Shown here: piece after piece, positions 1-8,316 of the stretch | Numbering within the stretch: the first letter of the stretch is position 1 | How the letters are laid out: each line of letters begins with the position of its first letter | Notes under the pieces: model-generated | What the model was told of the DNA's origin: nothing | Databases searched by the model: none | Seen by the model: only the letters and a program-made list of their open reading frames with translations | Position numbers and translations under genes: made by a program | DNA from: an uncultured Candidatus Saccharibacteria bacterium | Lineage (GTDB): Bacteria > Patescibacteriota > Minisyncoccia > Phycocordibacterales > DAORIS01 | Length of the DNA: 64,000 nucleotides | Assembly (NCBI GenBank): GCA_964644035.1 | Contig: CAZXUH010000001.1 | Coordinates: forward strand, 461,720 to 525,719 | Reading direction: 5' to 3'

Positions 1-425
1 CCTCCCATATCCGAGCTTGTCATATAGACTACCTGACCAATAACAGTAAATGATGTTGCTGTTGAGCCTGGGCGTACTTCGAGGATTTCAATACGATCTG
101 GCCATGGACTTGAGACATAGCGTCCTGGTGCTGACCTTACATTATCCATCCAGTATTGGAGAAGTTCGGGATTTACGTATTTTCCGTATTCATTTCTGAT
201 CTGTTCTTTTGCTTGTGCTTCAGGCGCAGTCAAAGAGACATTTTTGAGTTTTGAGCCAAATTCTTTAACAAATTCATCGACGTCTTGGACTTGTTCTTCC
301 TGAGTTTCAGGGAGTTTTGCTGTATCATCGCTAAAATACATGTAGCCACCATATACTGCAACGATAAGTGCAATAATGAACAAGCCTATCACTGTCTTTC
401 CATTGAAAAATTTGTTGAATTTCAT
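1..425 (-). CDS. Hypothetical membrane-anchored/exported protein (partial, runs off window start)
   Basis: Read by hand: ATG at 425 (MKFNKFFNGKTVIGLFIIALIVAVYGGYMYF...), N-terminal TM helix, open to position 1, contains PGRYVSSPWPDRIEI; TATAAT 7 nt upstream. Confidence 0.8.
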   Translation of the reverse strand, partial: MKFNKFFNGKTVIGLFIIALIVAVYGGYMYFSDDTAKLPETQEEQVQDVDEFVKEFGSKLKNVSLTAPEAQAKEQIRNEYGKYVNPELLQYWMDNVRSAPGRYVSSPWPDRIEILEVRPGSTATSFTVIGQVVYMTSSDMG

Positions 426-496
426 GTGTATTATTATATCAATCTATTGGGTATTTGATAGATGACGGCATAAACAGGGCAATATGACATAAAAAC

Positions 497-524
497 AACC
501 CCAGAAGCCTAGACTTCTGGGGTT
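497..524 (-). terminator. Intrinsic terminator of the 532-873 orphan
   Basis: AACCCCAGAAG-cctaga-CTTCTGGGGTT hairpin with a T-run on the minus strand. Confidence 0.7.
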
Positions 525-531
525 TTGATGA

Positions 532-873
532 TCAAGTACGTGCAACCGGGGTGTAGTACCATTCCTTGAAGGATGAAATCGGGAAAAGAAGGTAGTAAAG
601 GATACCAACCCTTTTCCTGAGCTGAAGAAAATCACAAAGATTATGCCTCTCGCGGCGCCGAGTCAGAGCGACTTGGAGAGAGAGCTTGTTGACGACTTGC
701 TGGTGCAAACCAGCTTGCAGGGTCAACCTCGTGACGGTGTTGTGCAATGTCTCGATCTGAGCCTTGCACTCCTCGATACTCATTTTGTCTTGGAACGGTC
801 GGAGCATTTCTGCCACAACCGGATCTGACGCCTCTGCAATCCTTGGTTTCGACGCTCGAAAAGAACAATGCAT
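532..873 (-). CDS. Orphan hypothetical protein (coiled-coil-like)
   Basis: ORF-track ORF trimmed to ATG 873, which follows AAAGGAG; terminator downstream. Confidence 0.55.
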   Translation of the reverse strand: MHCSFRASKPRIAEASDPVVAEMLRPFQDKMSIEECKAQIETLHNTVTRLTLQAGLHQQVVNKLSLQVALTRRRERHNLCDFLQLRKRVGILYYLLFPISSFKEWYYTPVART

Positions 874-910
874 CTCAACTCCTTTGTTTGAGCCAAACAA
901 TATATAAACA

Positions 911-1183
911 TTATTCAGAAATAACGTCAATTTTACTGCTCTTACGTATCAAATCCATCTTCTGCTGTCGTTTGAGTTTTTTGAGAGCGTATTCCCTTCT
1001 CAGAGCTTCTTTCTGAGTTTTATATGTTTCGTAATACTTGAGCACTACTGGCCGTCGGGTTTTGGTATATCGTGCACCAGAATTGAAATGATTGTGTCGT
1101 GAAAGTCTTCTCTCAAGATCGATGGTGTAGCCAATGTAAAATGTCTTGTCTGCACATTCGAGTATGTAGACATAGTGTGACAT
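911..1183 (-). CDS. GIY-YIG nuclease family protein (YazA/UPF0213-like)
   Basis: YVYILEC..FYIGYT..LERRL..HN, GARYTK.RRPV and EALRREY.LKKL motifs. Confidence 0.9.
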   Translation of the reverse strand: MSHYVYILECADKTFYIGYTIDLERRLSRHNHFNSGARYTKTRRPVVLKYYETYKTQKEALRREYALKKLKRQQKMDLIRKSSKIDVISE

Positions 1184-1197
1184 TCTATTTTTCAAGA

Positions 1198-1944
1198 TTA
1201 CAATTCAATCTTCGTAAACTGATACCAACCGACAAGAACCGTGACAACAGAGAGAGCAACAAGCACACTTAAGCTTGTCGTGGCCGAGAAGAAATTGTCA
1301 CCACTGAGCGCATAGCGCATACCGTCGACACCATACGTGAGCGGATCGATCTTGGTAATAACACTCAACACTTTTGGCAGACCATGTACTGGGAACAGTG
1401 CACCTGAAAGATAGAAAAGCGGCTGAATGATGAAGTTGATAATGAGTGGGAAGCTCTGCATATCATCGAGCCGCGCTGCAATAGCTGTACCAATAGCCGA
1501 GAAAAGAAATGAAATAAGAAGAAGGTACAAAAATGCCAATGGCAACATAGCAAAACTCTGTGGTCGGAAGCCTGCGACAAGAGTAATCAGAAAAACGAGC
1601 AGACCCTGCACACCAGCAACGGTCATACCACCTACCGTCTTACCGATAAATATTTCGAAACGAGACACAGGTGCAACGAATGTTTCTTTGAGGAATCCAA
1701 ACTGTTTATCCCAAATGATTTCCACTCCCGTAAAAATAGAAGTGAAAAGGATCGTCATAGCAATAATACCTGGAGCGATGAATTGAATATAATCTCCCCC
1801 ACCAGCCTTGGCATAGATCGGACTAAGACCAAAACCAAATGCAAAGAGGAAAATCACTGGCTGACCAAGAGCACCGACAAGACTAGCCTTCTTGCGAATG
1901 AAGCGCTTGCACTGACGTAACCATAGTATATATATTGTTCTCAT
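1198..1944 (-). CDS. ABC-2 type exporter permease
   Basis: Multi-TM protein, WDKQFGFLKE..VAP and DPLTYGVDGMR motifs; adjacent to an ATPase. Confidence 0.9.
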   Translation of the reverse strand: MRTIYILWLRQCKRFIRKKASLVGALGQPVIFLFAFGFGLSPIYAKAGGGDYIQFIAPGIIAMTILFTSIFTGVEIIWDKQFGFLKETFVAPVSRFEIFIGKTVGGMTVAGVQGLLVFLITLVAGFRPQSFAMLPLAFLYLLLISFLFSAIGTAIAARLDDMQSFPLIINFIIQPLFYLSGALFPVHGLPKVLSVITKIDPLTYGVDGMRYALSGDNFFSATTSLSVLVALSVVTVLVGWYQFTKIEL

Positions 1945-1953
1945 ATATGTTAT

Positions 1954-2742
1954 TTAGCGCATCATTTTATTAGAAATCCTCATCAAGTTTTTGCTTGCAT
2001 TGCCAGCTTCTTCGCGGATCTTCTTACCAGTAAGCTTGATAAATGCCTCTTCTAAGCTCTGTGAGCCTCCCTTGGCACGTATTTCGTCGGGAGTGCCATA
2101 TTCTATGAGTTTGCCATGATCAATGATAGCGATCTTCTGGGCCATTCGTTCTACTTCTTCCATATGATGAGTAGTGAAGAAAATAGTAACCTTCTCTTCT
2201 TTGTTGAGATTGTAAATGTAATTCCAAATATGATTGCGGGTTTGTGGATCGAGACCGATTGTCGGTTCATCGAGGAAAAGGACTTTTGGATGATGAAGGA
2301 GTCCACGAGCGATTTCGAGTCGACGCTTCATACCACCTGAGAAGTTTTTGACATACGCATCCTTGCGATCGGTCAGTTCTACCAGACCAAGAAGTTTTTC
2401 TATACGCTCTGCATACACACTCTTAGGCAAGCCATAGAGAATAGCGTGGAATTGCATGTTTTCATATGCAGTCAGTTCATTGTCGAGACTTGGATCTTGG
2501 AACACAATACCAAAAGAATGTCGGGTCTTATTTGGATCTTCAGTTACATTGTGACCATCGAGGAAAATCTGACCTTCTGTAGGATGAAGAAGTGTTGTCA
2601 GCATCTTAATCGTCGTTGTCTTACCAGCACCATTGGGACCAAGAAAAGCAAAGACTTCTCCCGTATTTACCTTGAAGGATACATTGTCTACCGCCGTAAA
2701 TTTACCGTACTTTCGAGTGACATTTTTTACTTCTATCATCAT
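1954..2742 (-). CDS. ABC exporter ATP-binding protein (DrrA-like)
   Basis: Walker A GPNGAGKTT, FSGGMKRRLEIA, LFLDEPT. Confidence 0.93.
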   Translation of the reverse strand: MMIEVKNVTRKYGKFTAVDNVSFKVNTGEVFAFLGPNGAGKTTTIKMLTTLLHPTEGQIFLDGHNVTEDPNKTRHSFGIVFQDPSLDNELTAYENMQFHAILYGLPKSVYAERIEKLLGLVELTDRKDAYVKNFSGGMKRRLEIARGLLHHPKVLFLDEPTIGLDPQTRNHIWNYIYNLNKEEKVTIFFTTHHMEEVERMAQKIAIIDHGKLIEYGTPDEIRAKGGSQSLEEAFIKLTGKKIREEAGNASKNLMRISNKMMR

Positions 2743-2794
2743 TCCATAGTAGAAGAGCCAGCTATATATGTCAAAGTTGCCCTATGGTCTGATA

Positions 2795-3355
2795 CTAGAG
2801 AGTGCCTGCGATTGCTGCTATAAGCAAAATACCAAGATAATTGAAAATAAATGTCAGCGGCATCATCATTCGAGTGCGTACTTTTGAAAATCCCATCATT
2901 GTCAAACCGATCTCGTCTGGTACTGGAGATATGATAAGTAATGCTCCGAGAAGAGGCATCAACCATCTGAAAATTCTCAATTTAAATATCGATAAAACCC
3001 TTTTATATTTTGGACCCTTTACTAAATCATAGAAATCTTCTGCCACAGAGTCGCGAAGAAAAAGAAAAAGCAATGTATCACCAATCATCGCGCCCACTGC
3101 TCCCCACAGTGCCACTATAAAGGGAGATGATGTTTCTGATATTTTTGCCAACGCTATAGCAGCTGGGGCAATGGTAAATGCCGAAGTGAAAAAGAGTCCA
3201 GCCAAAAAGCTACCAATAAAACGCACTTCCTCGGTAGCACTGACAATATTTTCCAATACACCTACTCTGAGTAGGAAGTAAGCAAATATAATGCTGAGCA
3301 CTACAAGAAAGAGATCTCTAAACGCTTTTGAATGAGAATGCTTTCGACGAGCCAT
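2795..3355 (-). CDS. Conserved membrane protein (possibly DedA/VTT-like)
   Basis: About 5 hydrophobic segments; GAMIGD and ISPVPDEIG motifs. Confidence 0.75.
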   Translation of the reverse strand: MARRKHSHSKAFRDLFLVVLSIIFAYFLLRVGVLENIVSATEEVRFIGSFLAGLFFTSAFTIAPAAIALAKISETSSPFIVALWGAVGAMIGDTLLFLFLRDSVAEDFYDLVKGPKYKRVLSIFKLRIFRWLMPLLGALLIISPVPDEIGLTMMGFSKVRTRMMMPLTFIFNYLGILLIAAIAGTL

Positions 3356-3407
3356 ATATAGAAATTATATCAGATCGCAGAAAGTGCGTTGCAGTCACTC
3401 CGACAGA

Positions 3408-4010
3408 CTAATTGACTACCAATGTTCTGCGGATACTATCGAATTCGCTGATCACTGCCTGCTTATCGAACTCTCTGACCGTTCCCTCTTCATAATTTTC
3501 AAACACACCATAGTGAATGAGATATCTGACAGCAATGCATGGTTCAGAATTTGGAAGTGCATACACTGTTTCTTCGTATCGATTGCCTGCACCAGCATCG
3601 GTCACGGCAGCGACTGAGTACATGACGCCATTTTCTTCTACATCAAGAGCATCGGCCTGCTTATCTTCTAAGAACAAATCAGCAGTGCATGCTTCAGATT
3701 CTGTAAGACGCTCGACTGCAATATAGCTATCAGAAGAAAGATTGGTACCAGTAGCCATCGATTCTGGAATTCTAAATTTTACATCCCGATCTCCTTCATA
3801 GACTTTGTAACTATCAGGATATCCTTCCGACGAAGAAGCTACTATGCTTGGGAAATTGATAGAAAATCCCAATACCTGATTTTCATATTTCTGCGAAAGG
3901 TTATTTTCTTCTACCGTAGGTTCTTCAATCACTTCAGTACGCTTCGTATAGTGCCACACTCCAAGAGCAATCAGCACCAAGACGATCAGAGCGATAAATA
4001 ATTTTTTCAT
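3408..4010 (-). CDS. Exported hypothetical protein
   Basis: N-terminal signal/TM anchor, acidic body, two Cys, DAGAGNRYE motif. Confidence 0.8.
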   Translation of the reverse strand: MKKLFIALIVLVLIALGVWHYTKRTEVIEEPTVEENNLSQKYENQVLGFSINFPSIVASSSEGYPDSYKVYEGDRDVKFRIPESMATGTNLSSDSYIAVERLTESEACTADLFLEDKQADALDVEENGVMYSVAAVTDAGAGNRYEETVYALPNSEPCIAVRYLIHYGVFENYEEGTVREFDKQAVISEFDSIRRTLVVN

Positions 4011-4038
4011 ATATTTTAATAATACGCTTTATATAAGC

Positions 4039-4064
4039 AAAGACCATCCAGTAGGACGGTCTTT
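4039..4064 (-). terminator. Terminator hairpin after the surface-protein gene
   Basis: AAAGACCATCC-agta-GGACGGTCTTT. Confidence 0.55.
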
Positions 4065-4094
4065 GCTAGGATTACATCTTTGGCTTAATGATGG

Positions 4095-5297
4095 TTATCT
4101 ATTACGATTTCCATTACCATTGTTGCCTTTGAGTAGTTTTTTCCAATTCCACTTTTTATCGTGTTTCTTGTTGTCATTGTCCGGTGCATCACCCCATGAA
4201 TCTCGGGCATTACCGAAATCAATGTTTTGGATGACTGAACCGTTGCTGATCGTCAATGATGCATAGTCTGCAGTCATCTGATCGATACCTTCATTTTCAT
4301 GGTTGATCAATTCGACACTATATGTACCGTCGGCAAGAGTACCAAATGAATAGTAACCATTGCTGTCAGTGGTTACGCTCTTCAGAGCGCTACCCTGCCA
4401 GTTGGTACCTGTATAGAGTTTGACTGTCCAACCTTGAAAACCAGGTTCGCCGGCATTGCGTACGAGGTTTTTATTGACGTCACGATAGACAATACCGCTG
4501 ATCGAACCTGCTCCAGGATTTGGAGGGGTTGTCGTAGCAGGATTTGTTACCGTACCGCTGACGCAGGCAGTTGTTGCAGTGGTGTTGTTTGCATCACCTC
4601 CGTATACTGCTTGCCAATAATACGTTCCGGCAGTATTAAACTGAACAGAACTAGAATTTGGCACGACACCGTTGGTCACTGTTCGTGTACCAGCATCGAC
4701 TGCTCCTGTCGTACATGCACTGTTGTTGTAGACTCGGAAGACAACCGATCCACCAGCGCCGGCAGTCGCATTGCCCAATGTTGCAGTGCTAAAGACCGAT
4801 GAACCAGTCTGTATCGAACTACTTGAGAGTGCGAGTGAGAGAGTTGTGTTTTGAGCTGACGAAGTCAACATTGCACAACCAGAATTGGCTGGTGAATAGA
4901 CATCACCTTGACCATTGAAGTGAGCGAGATATGAGAGACCTGTACTTGGTACTGTTGTTGCATTTGATTCAGCAACACCGTTGACCAAAGCCACACCCGA
5001 CTGCATGACTCCAGTACCCGTACATGATGTGTTTGGGTAAAGAGTAAAGTCGACGGTACCTGTTGCCATAGAGTTGCTATCAGTCGACGAAGCGACCGAA
5101 GCCCTTGCATGGACCGATGTGCCGATTGCTGCAGACGTGATTACGTTGTGACTTGAGTCATGAACAACGTTGGTCATTGTTGGTGCAACGTCAGCACGCA
5201 CAATAGCTGCCGCGAAGAGCAGTGAGCCAAGTGCGAGAGGTGTGATGAGTAAGAGTGCGTATCTACGGGCTTTATCCGAATAGTTACGTGTATACAT
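4095..5297 (-). CDS. Secreted/surface protein with two Ig-like repeats and a C-terminal SdrD-B-like domain
   Basis: Signal peptide; Ser/Thr-rich repeats (FTLYPNTSCTG, FRVYNNSACT); ISGIVYRDVN..N.GEPG..GWTVKLY...TTDSNGYYSFG.L..G.Y.V. Confidence 0.8.
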   Translation of the reverse strand: MYTRNYSDKARRYALLLITPLALGSLLFAAAIVRADVAPTMTNVVHDSSHNVITSAAIGTSVHARASVASSTDSNSMATGTVDFTLYPNTSCTGTGVMQSGVALVNGVAESNATTVPSTGLSYLAHFNGQGDVYSPANSGCAMLTSSAQNTTLSLALSSSSIQTGSSVFSTATLGNATAGAGGSVVFRVYNNSACTTGAVDAGTRTVTNGVVPNSSSVQFNTAGTYYWQAVYGGDANNTTATTACVSGTVTNPATTTPPNPGAGSISGIVYRDVNKNLVRNAGEPGFQGWTVKLYTGTNWQGSALKSVTTDSNGYYSFGTLADGTYSVELINHENEGIDQMTADYASLTISNGSVIQNIDFGNARDSWGDAPDNDNKKHDKKWNWKKLLKGNNGNGNRNR

Positions 5298-5480
5298 GTT
5301 TTTTATAAGTTACTTTTAAGTTAAACCAGCTTTAAATGTTAAGTGAGTTATTGGTAATTGACCCTACATATGTATTCTACATCATTAGGGCCTTATAATT
5401 TGTGACGAGTGAACAGGCTTAGTCTGACGCTAAAAAGGCGTTAAGACATCATTAAAAATATGTGTCAATTTTAGATAGTT

Positions 5481-6269
5481 CTACGAAGTGTGCTTTCTAA
5501 AGAGATATCCTGAGAGAGGAATTGCAATAACGACAACTGCTGCACACCAGATAAGTGCGATAGTGGCATGATTGCCTACTGGAGTGCCTACCATATATCC
5601 GCGAATGGCTTCAATAACGTGTGTCACTGGCTGATTTTCTGCAAAGATTCTAAGTACTTTTGGCATACCTGCTGTCGGTACGAAGGCACTACTTGCAAAG
5701 GTAAGAGGAAAGACAAGCATGAAGCCCATCCACTGCACCGCTTCGACTGATTTTGCGAGAAGCCCCATGATTGCCGACGCCCACGAAAGTGCAAACGTAA
5801 AGGCAAGCAATATGCCAAGTGCCATGAGCCATTCGGTAAATGTTGCTGTTGGCCTAAACCCTACAAGCAAAGCGACAAGGATCATGACTGTCGAAGAAAT
5901 AGTGTTTCGCACCAGATCGGCAGTGACGTGACCAATAAGTACCGTTGAACTGACCATTGGGAGTGATTTGAATCGATCAATAATTCCCCTCTTAAGATCA
6001 GTTGCGACGTTAAGCGAAGTTGTGAGTGCTCCAAATGCCGCTGTCTGGACCAAAATACCAGCCACGAGAAAGTTTACATATGTTGTGCCACCTGTATCGA
6101 TTGCTCCACCAAAAACGTATCGGAAGAGAAGCATAAACATGATCGGCTGAATAGCGAGAGAAAGAAGCTGATCAAGATTTTTGAAAATATGCTTAAGACT
6201 TCGTACGATCAATACATACGTATCACTGAAAAACCAATAGAGTTGCTTGTGTTTAGACATTTTTTTCAT
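5481..6269 (-). CDS. ABC-2 exporter permease (DrrB-like)
   Basis: DLKRGIIDRFKSLPM, SSAFVPT..MP..L..FAENQP. Confidence 0.9.
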   Translation of the reverse strand: MKKMSKHKQLYWFFSDTYVLIVRSLKHIFKNLDQLLSLAIQPIMFMLLFRYVFGGAIDTGGTTYVNFLVAGILVQTAAFGALTTSLNVATDLKRGIIDRFKSLPMVSSTVLIGHVTADLVRNTISSTVMILVALLVGFRPTATFTEWLMALGILLAFTFALSWASAIMGLLAKSVEAVQWMGFMLVFPLTFASSAFVPTAGMPKVLRIFAENQPVTHVIEAIRGYMVGTPVGNHATIALIWCAAVVVIAIPLSGYLFRKHTS

Positions 6270-7221
6270 TTATATGAGACTCGCCTTCGACTTCATGACC
6301 AGTAAGATTGAGAAATACATCATCAAGTGTCGGCTTGTGCAGTGACATACTCTCAATATTTATTCCCGCTTTTTCCAAGAGGTCAAGAATATCTTTGACC
6401 TGCTTTACGCCGGCTTCTATTGGAATACTAAGACTCTGTTCTTCTTCGACTATTGCCGAACCAGAAATATTGACCGCTACTTCTGCTTTCTTGAGATCTT
6501 CTGTTTTTGTAATGATAAGTTCGAGACGATTTTTTCCTACACGACTCTTGAGTTCGTCGGCTGTACCCTCAGCAATGACTTTGCCGTGATCGATAACAGC
6601 GATCCTATCGGCAAGCTTATCTGCTTCTTCGAGATACTGCGTAGTAAGAAGTATTGTTGCCCCTTCGCTCATGAGCTGCTGAATGACTTTCCACATGGCC
6701 AAGCGGCTGCGTGGATCGAGACCTGTTGTCGGTTCATCGAGAAAAATGATCGGCGGAGTAGCTACAAGACTTGCAGCCAAGTCGAGTCGGCGGCGCATAC
6801 CACCAGAGTACGTTTTTGCAGCGCGGCCAGCTGCATCTTCGAGATCAAACTGTTTGAGAAGTTCTGTTGCTCGGCGTTTGCTCTCTTCTTTACCCAAGTG
6901 ATACAAGCGTCCCATCATTTCCAAATTTTCTTTTCCAGTCAAATACTCATCAATAGCCGCATACTGTCCTGTGAGACCAATAATACGCCTGACATCGTCT
7001 GATTGCTTCACCACATCGAAACCTCCAATATGCGCCTGACCATTGTCAGGTTTGAGAAGTGTACTCAAAATACGCACAGTCGTGGTTTTACCAGCACCGT
7101 TTGGTCCAAGAAGAGCCAACATTGTGCCCTTTTTGATCGTAAGATTGATTCCTTCGAGGACTTTGACCTTCTTAAAGGACTTCGTGAGACCTTTTATTAC
7201 AATTGCATCATCGTTTGACAT
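6253..7221 (-). CDS. ABC exporter ATP-binding protein (DrrA-like)
   Basis: GPNGAGKTT, YSGGMRRRLDLA, FLDEPTTGLDP, PTLDDVFL. Confidence 0.93.
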   Translation of the reverse strand: MSNDDAIVIKGLTKSFKKVKVLEGINLTIKKGTMLALLGPNGAGKTTTVRILSTLLKPDNGQAHIGGFDVVKQSDDVRRIIGLTGQYAAIDEYLTGKENLEMMGRLYHLGKEESKRRATELLKQFDLEDAAGRAAKTYSGGMRRRLDLAASLVATPPIIFLDEPTTGLDPRSRLAMWKVIQQLMSEGATILLTTQYLEEADKLADRIAVIDHGKVIAEGTADELKSRVGKNRLELIITKTEDLKKAEVAVNISGSAIVEEEQSLSIPIEAGVKQVKDILDLLEKAGINIESMSLHKPTLDDVFLNLTGHEVEGESHINEKNV

Positions 7222-7249
7222 GTGGAGCCTATTCTATCGCAAATATTTT

Positions 7250-7522
7250 TTATGACAAATCTTTTGTATCGTCTTTTGGTCTTCCCCACTGCCATCGTGG
7301 TGATTCACCAGTTTTATAACAAATTCTGAGTAGTGTAATAGTAAGAAGTGTTATAGGCAGAAAAAAAGTAAACATCACTTCTTTTGGAGAAGAATTTTCA
7401 TCGATCGTTAGTGAAAATAAGAATACCAGAGCGACATATGACCACATCACTACCCACCCTTCCCAAGTAGCCGGATACCATCCCCAGCCATACCACTTTC
7501 TTTTAAACCACAGTTTTTTCAT
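7250..7522 (-). CDS. Small 2-TM membrane protein
   Basis: WFKRKWYGWGWYPATWEGW, GE.PRWQWG; TATAAT 6 nt before the ATG. Confidence 0.8.
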   Translation of the reverse strand: MKKLWFKRKWYGWGWYPATWEGWVVMWSYVALVFLFSLTIDENSSPKEVMFTFFLPITLLTITLLRICYKTGESPRWQWGRPKDDTKDLS

Positions 7523-7540
7523 ATCTTTATTATAACAAAA

Positions 7541-7656
7541 AGAAAAGGGCGACTCCGAAGCGTCGCCCTTAGTCCGAGGATGCGTACGTGTTAGCGATCC
7601 CGCAACCTCTAACGGTTACTGGTGCTATCAACACCTGTAACCACTCCTTCCTCCTA
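7541..7656 (-). ncRNA. Candidate structured sRNA (or sORF mRNA) with its own promoter and terminator
   Basis: TTGTCT-N17-TATAAA (7687-7659); hairpins GGTTAC-A-GGTG..CACC-A-GTAACC and GAGG-T-TGCG..CGCA-T-CCTC; terminator GGGCGAC..GTCGCCC-TTTTCTTTT. Confidence 0.45.
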
Positions 7657-7669
7657 TATTTATAACACT

Positions 7670-8176
7670 CTAGTTTGCATTAGACAATTTTCTTTCCCAA
7701 GCCAATAGTGCTTCTTTGCGTTTTGTTCCCCAGCGATACCCGCCAATCTTACCTGTAGAGGTTAGTACTCTATGGCATGGTATGAGAAATGCTATTGCGT
7801 TCTTCCCGCAGGCACTTCCGACTGCTCGCACCGCCTTTGGCGATCCGACTTTCTTTGCAATTTCTGCATACGTAGAAGTTTTACCAAATAGAATACCTAA
7901 AAGTGCTTTCCAGACTTTTCTCTGAAAGTCAGTCCCCTGCATGATCAGTTTTTTAGAATATATACTTTTCTTTGTACTAAAAATATCTTTTATATATTTT
8001 TTAGTTTCAGTATCTCTCCTCACTATTTCTGCTTCAGGCCAAATCTTTTTACTATTATTGATTGCAGTGGATTTTTTATTCGGATCGATAAAAGACAAAT
8101 GGATCACTTTTTGTTTTTCAATTGCTATGAGAGCAAGTCCAAAAGGAGTTTTGTGTATGCCGTAGGTTATTCGCAT
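7670..8176 (-). CDS. ogt: Methylated-DNA--protein-cysteine methyltransferase
   Basis: GTDFQRKVW, PKAVRAVGSAC, active-site IPCHRV, GGYRWG. Confidence 0.95.
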   Translation of the reverse strand: MRITYGIHKTPFGLALIAIEKQKVIHLSFIDPNKKSTAINNSKKIWPEAEIVRRDTETKKYIKDIFSTKKSIYSKKLIMQGTDFQRKVWKALLGILFGKTSTYAEIAKKVGSPKAVRAVGSACGKNAIAFLIPCHRVLTSTGKIGGYRWGTKRKEALLAWERKLSNAN

Positions 8177-8211
8177 AAGAATGCATTGTATCAGATTCTT
8201 TTTATTAAAAT

Positions 8212-8312
8212 AAAAATCACTTGCTCTACGTTGAGCAAGTGAACGGGCCAGTCCGATACTGTGGGTGTAGCCCTTCCACCATCCTGGTGGTCGCTAACTA
8301 CATTACACCCCT
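8212..8312 (-). ncRNA. Candidate structured RNA plus terminator downstream of the ABC-F gene
   Basis: GGGTGTA..TACACCC stem enclosing CCACCA-GGA-TGGTGG; CAGT-ATCGG-ACTG; terminator TCACTTGCTC..GAGCAAGTGA-TTTTT. Confidence 0.35.
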
Positions 8313-8316
8313 TTAC

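Noticed and set aside
911-1183. GIY-YIG gene as a homing or mobile endonuclease
   Set aside because: Short YazA-type protein at the end of an ABC operon, with no flanking repeats or intron features seen.
7541-8312. Assigning the structured segments to SRP RNA, 6S RNA, a ribozyme or a known riboswitch
   Set aside because: The diagnostic conserved motifs I know (e.g. the SRP GGAA tetraloop with AGCAG) are absent; left as unassigned candidates.
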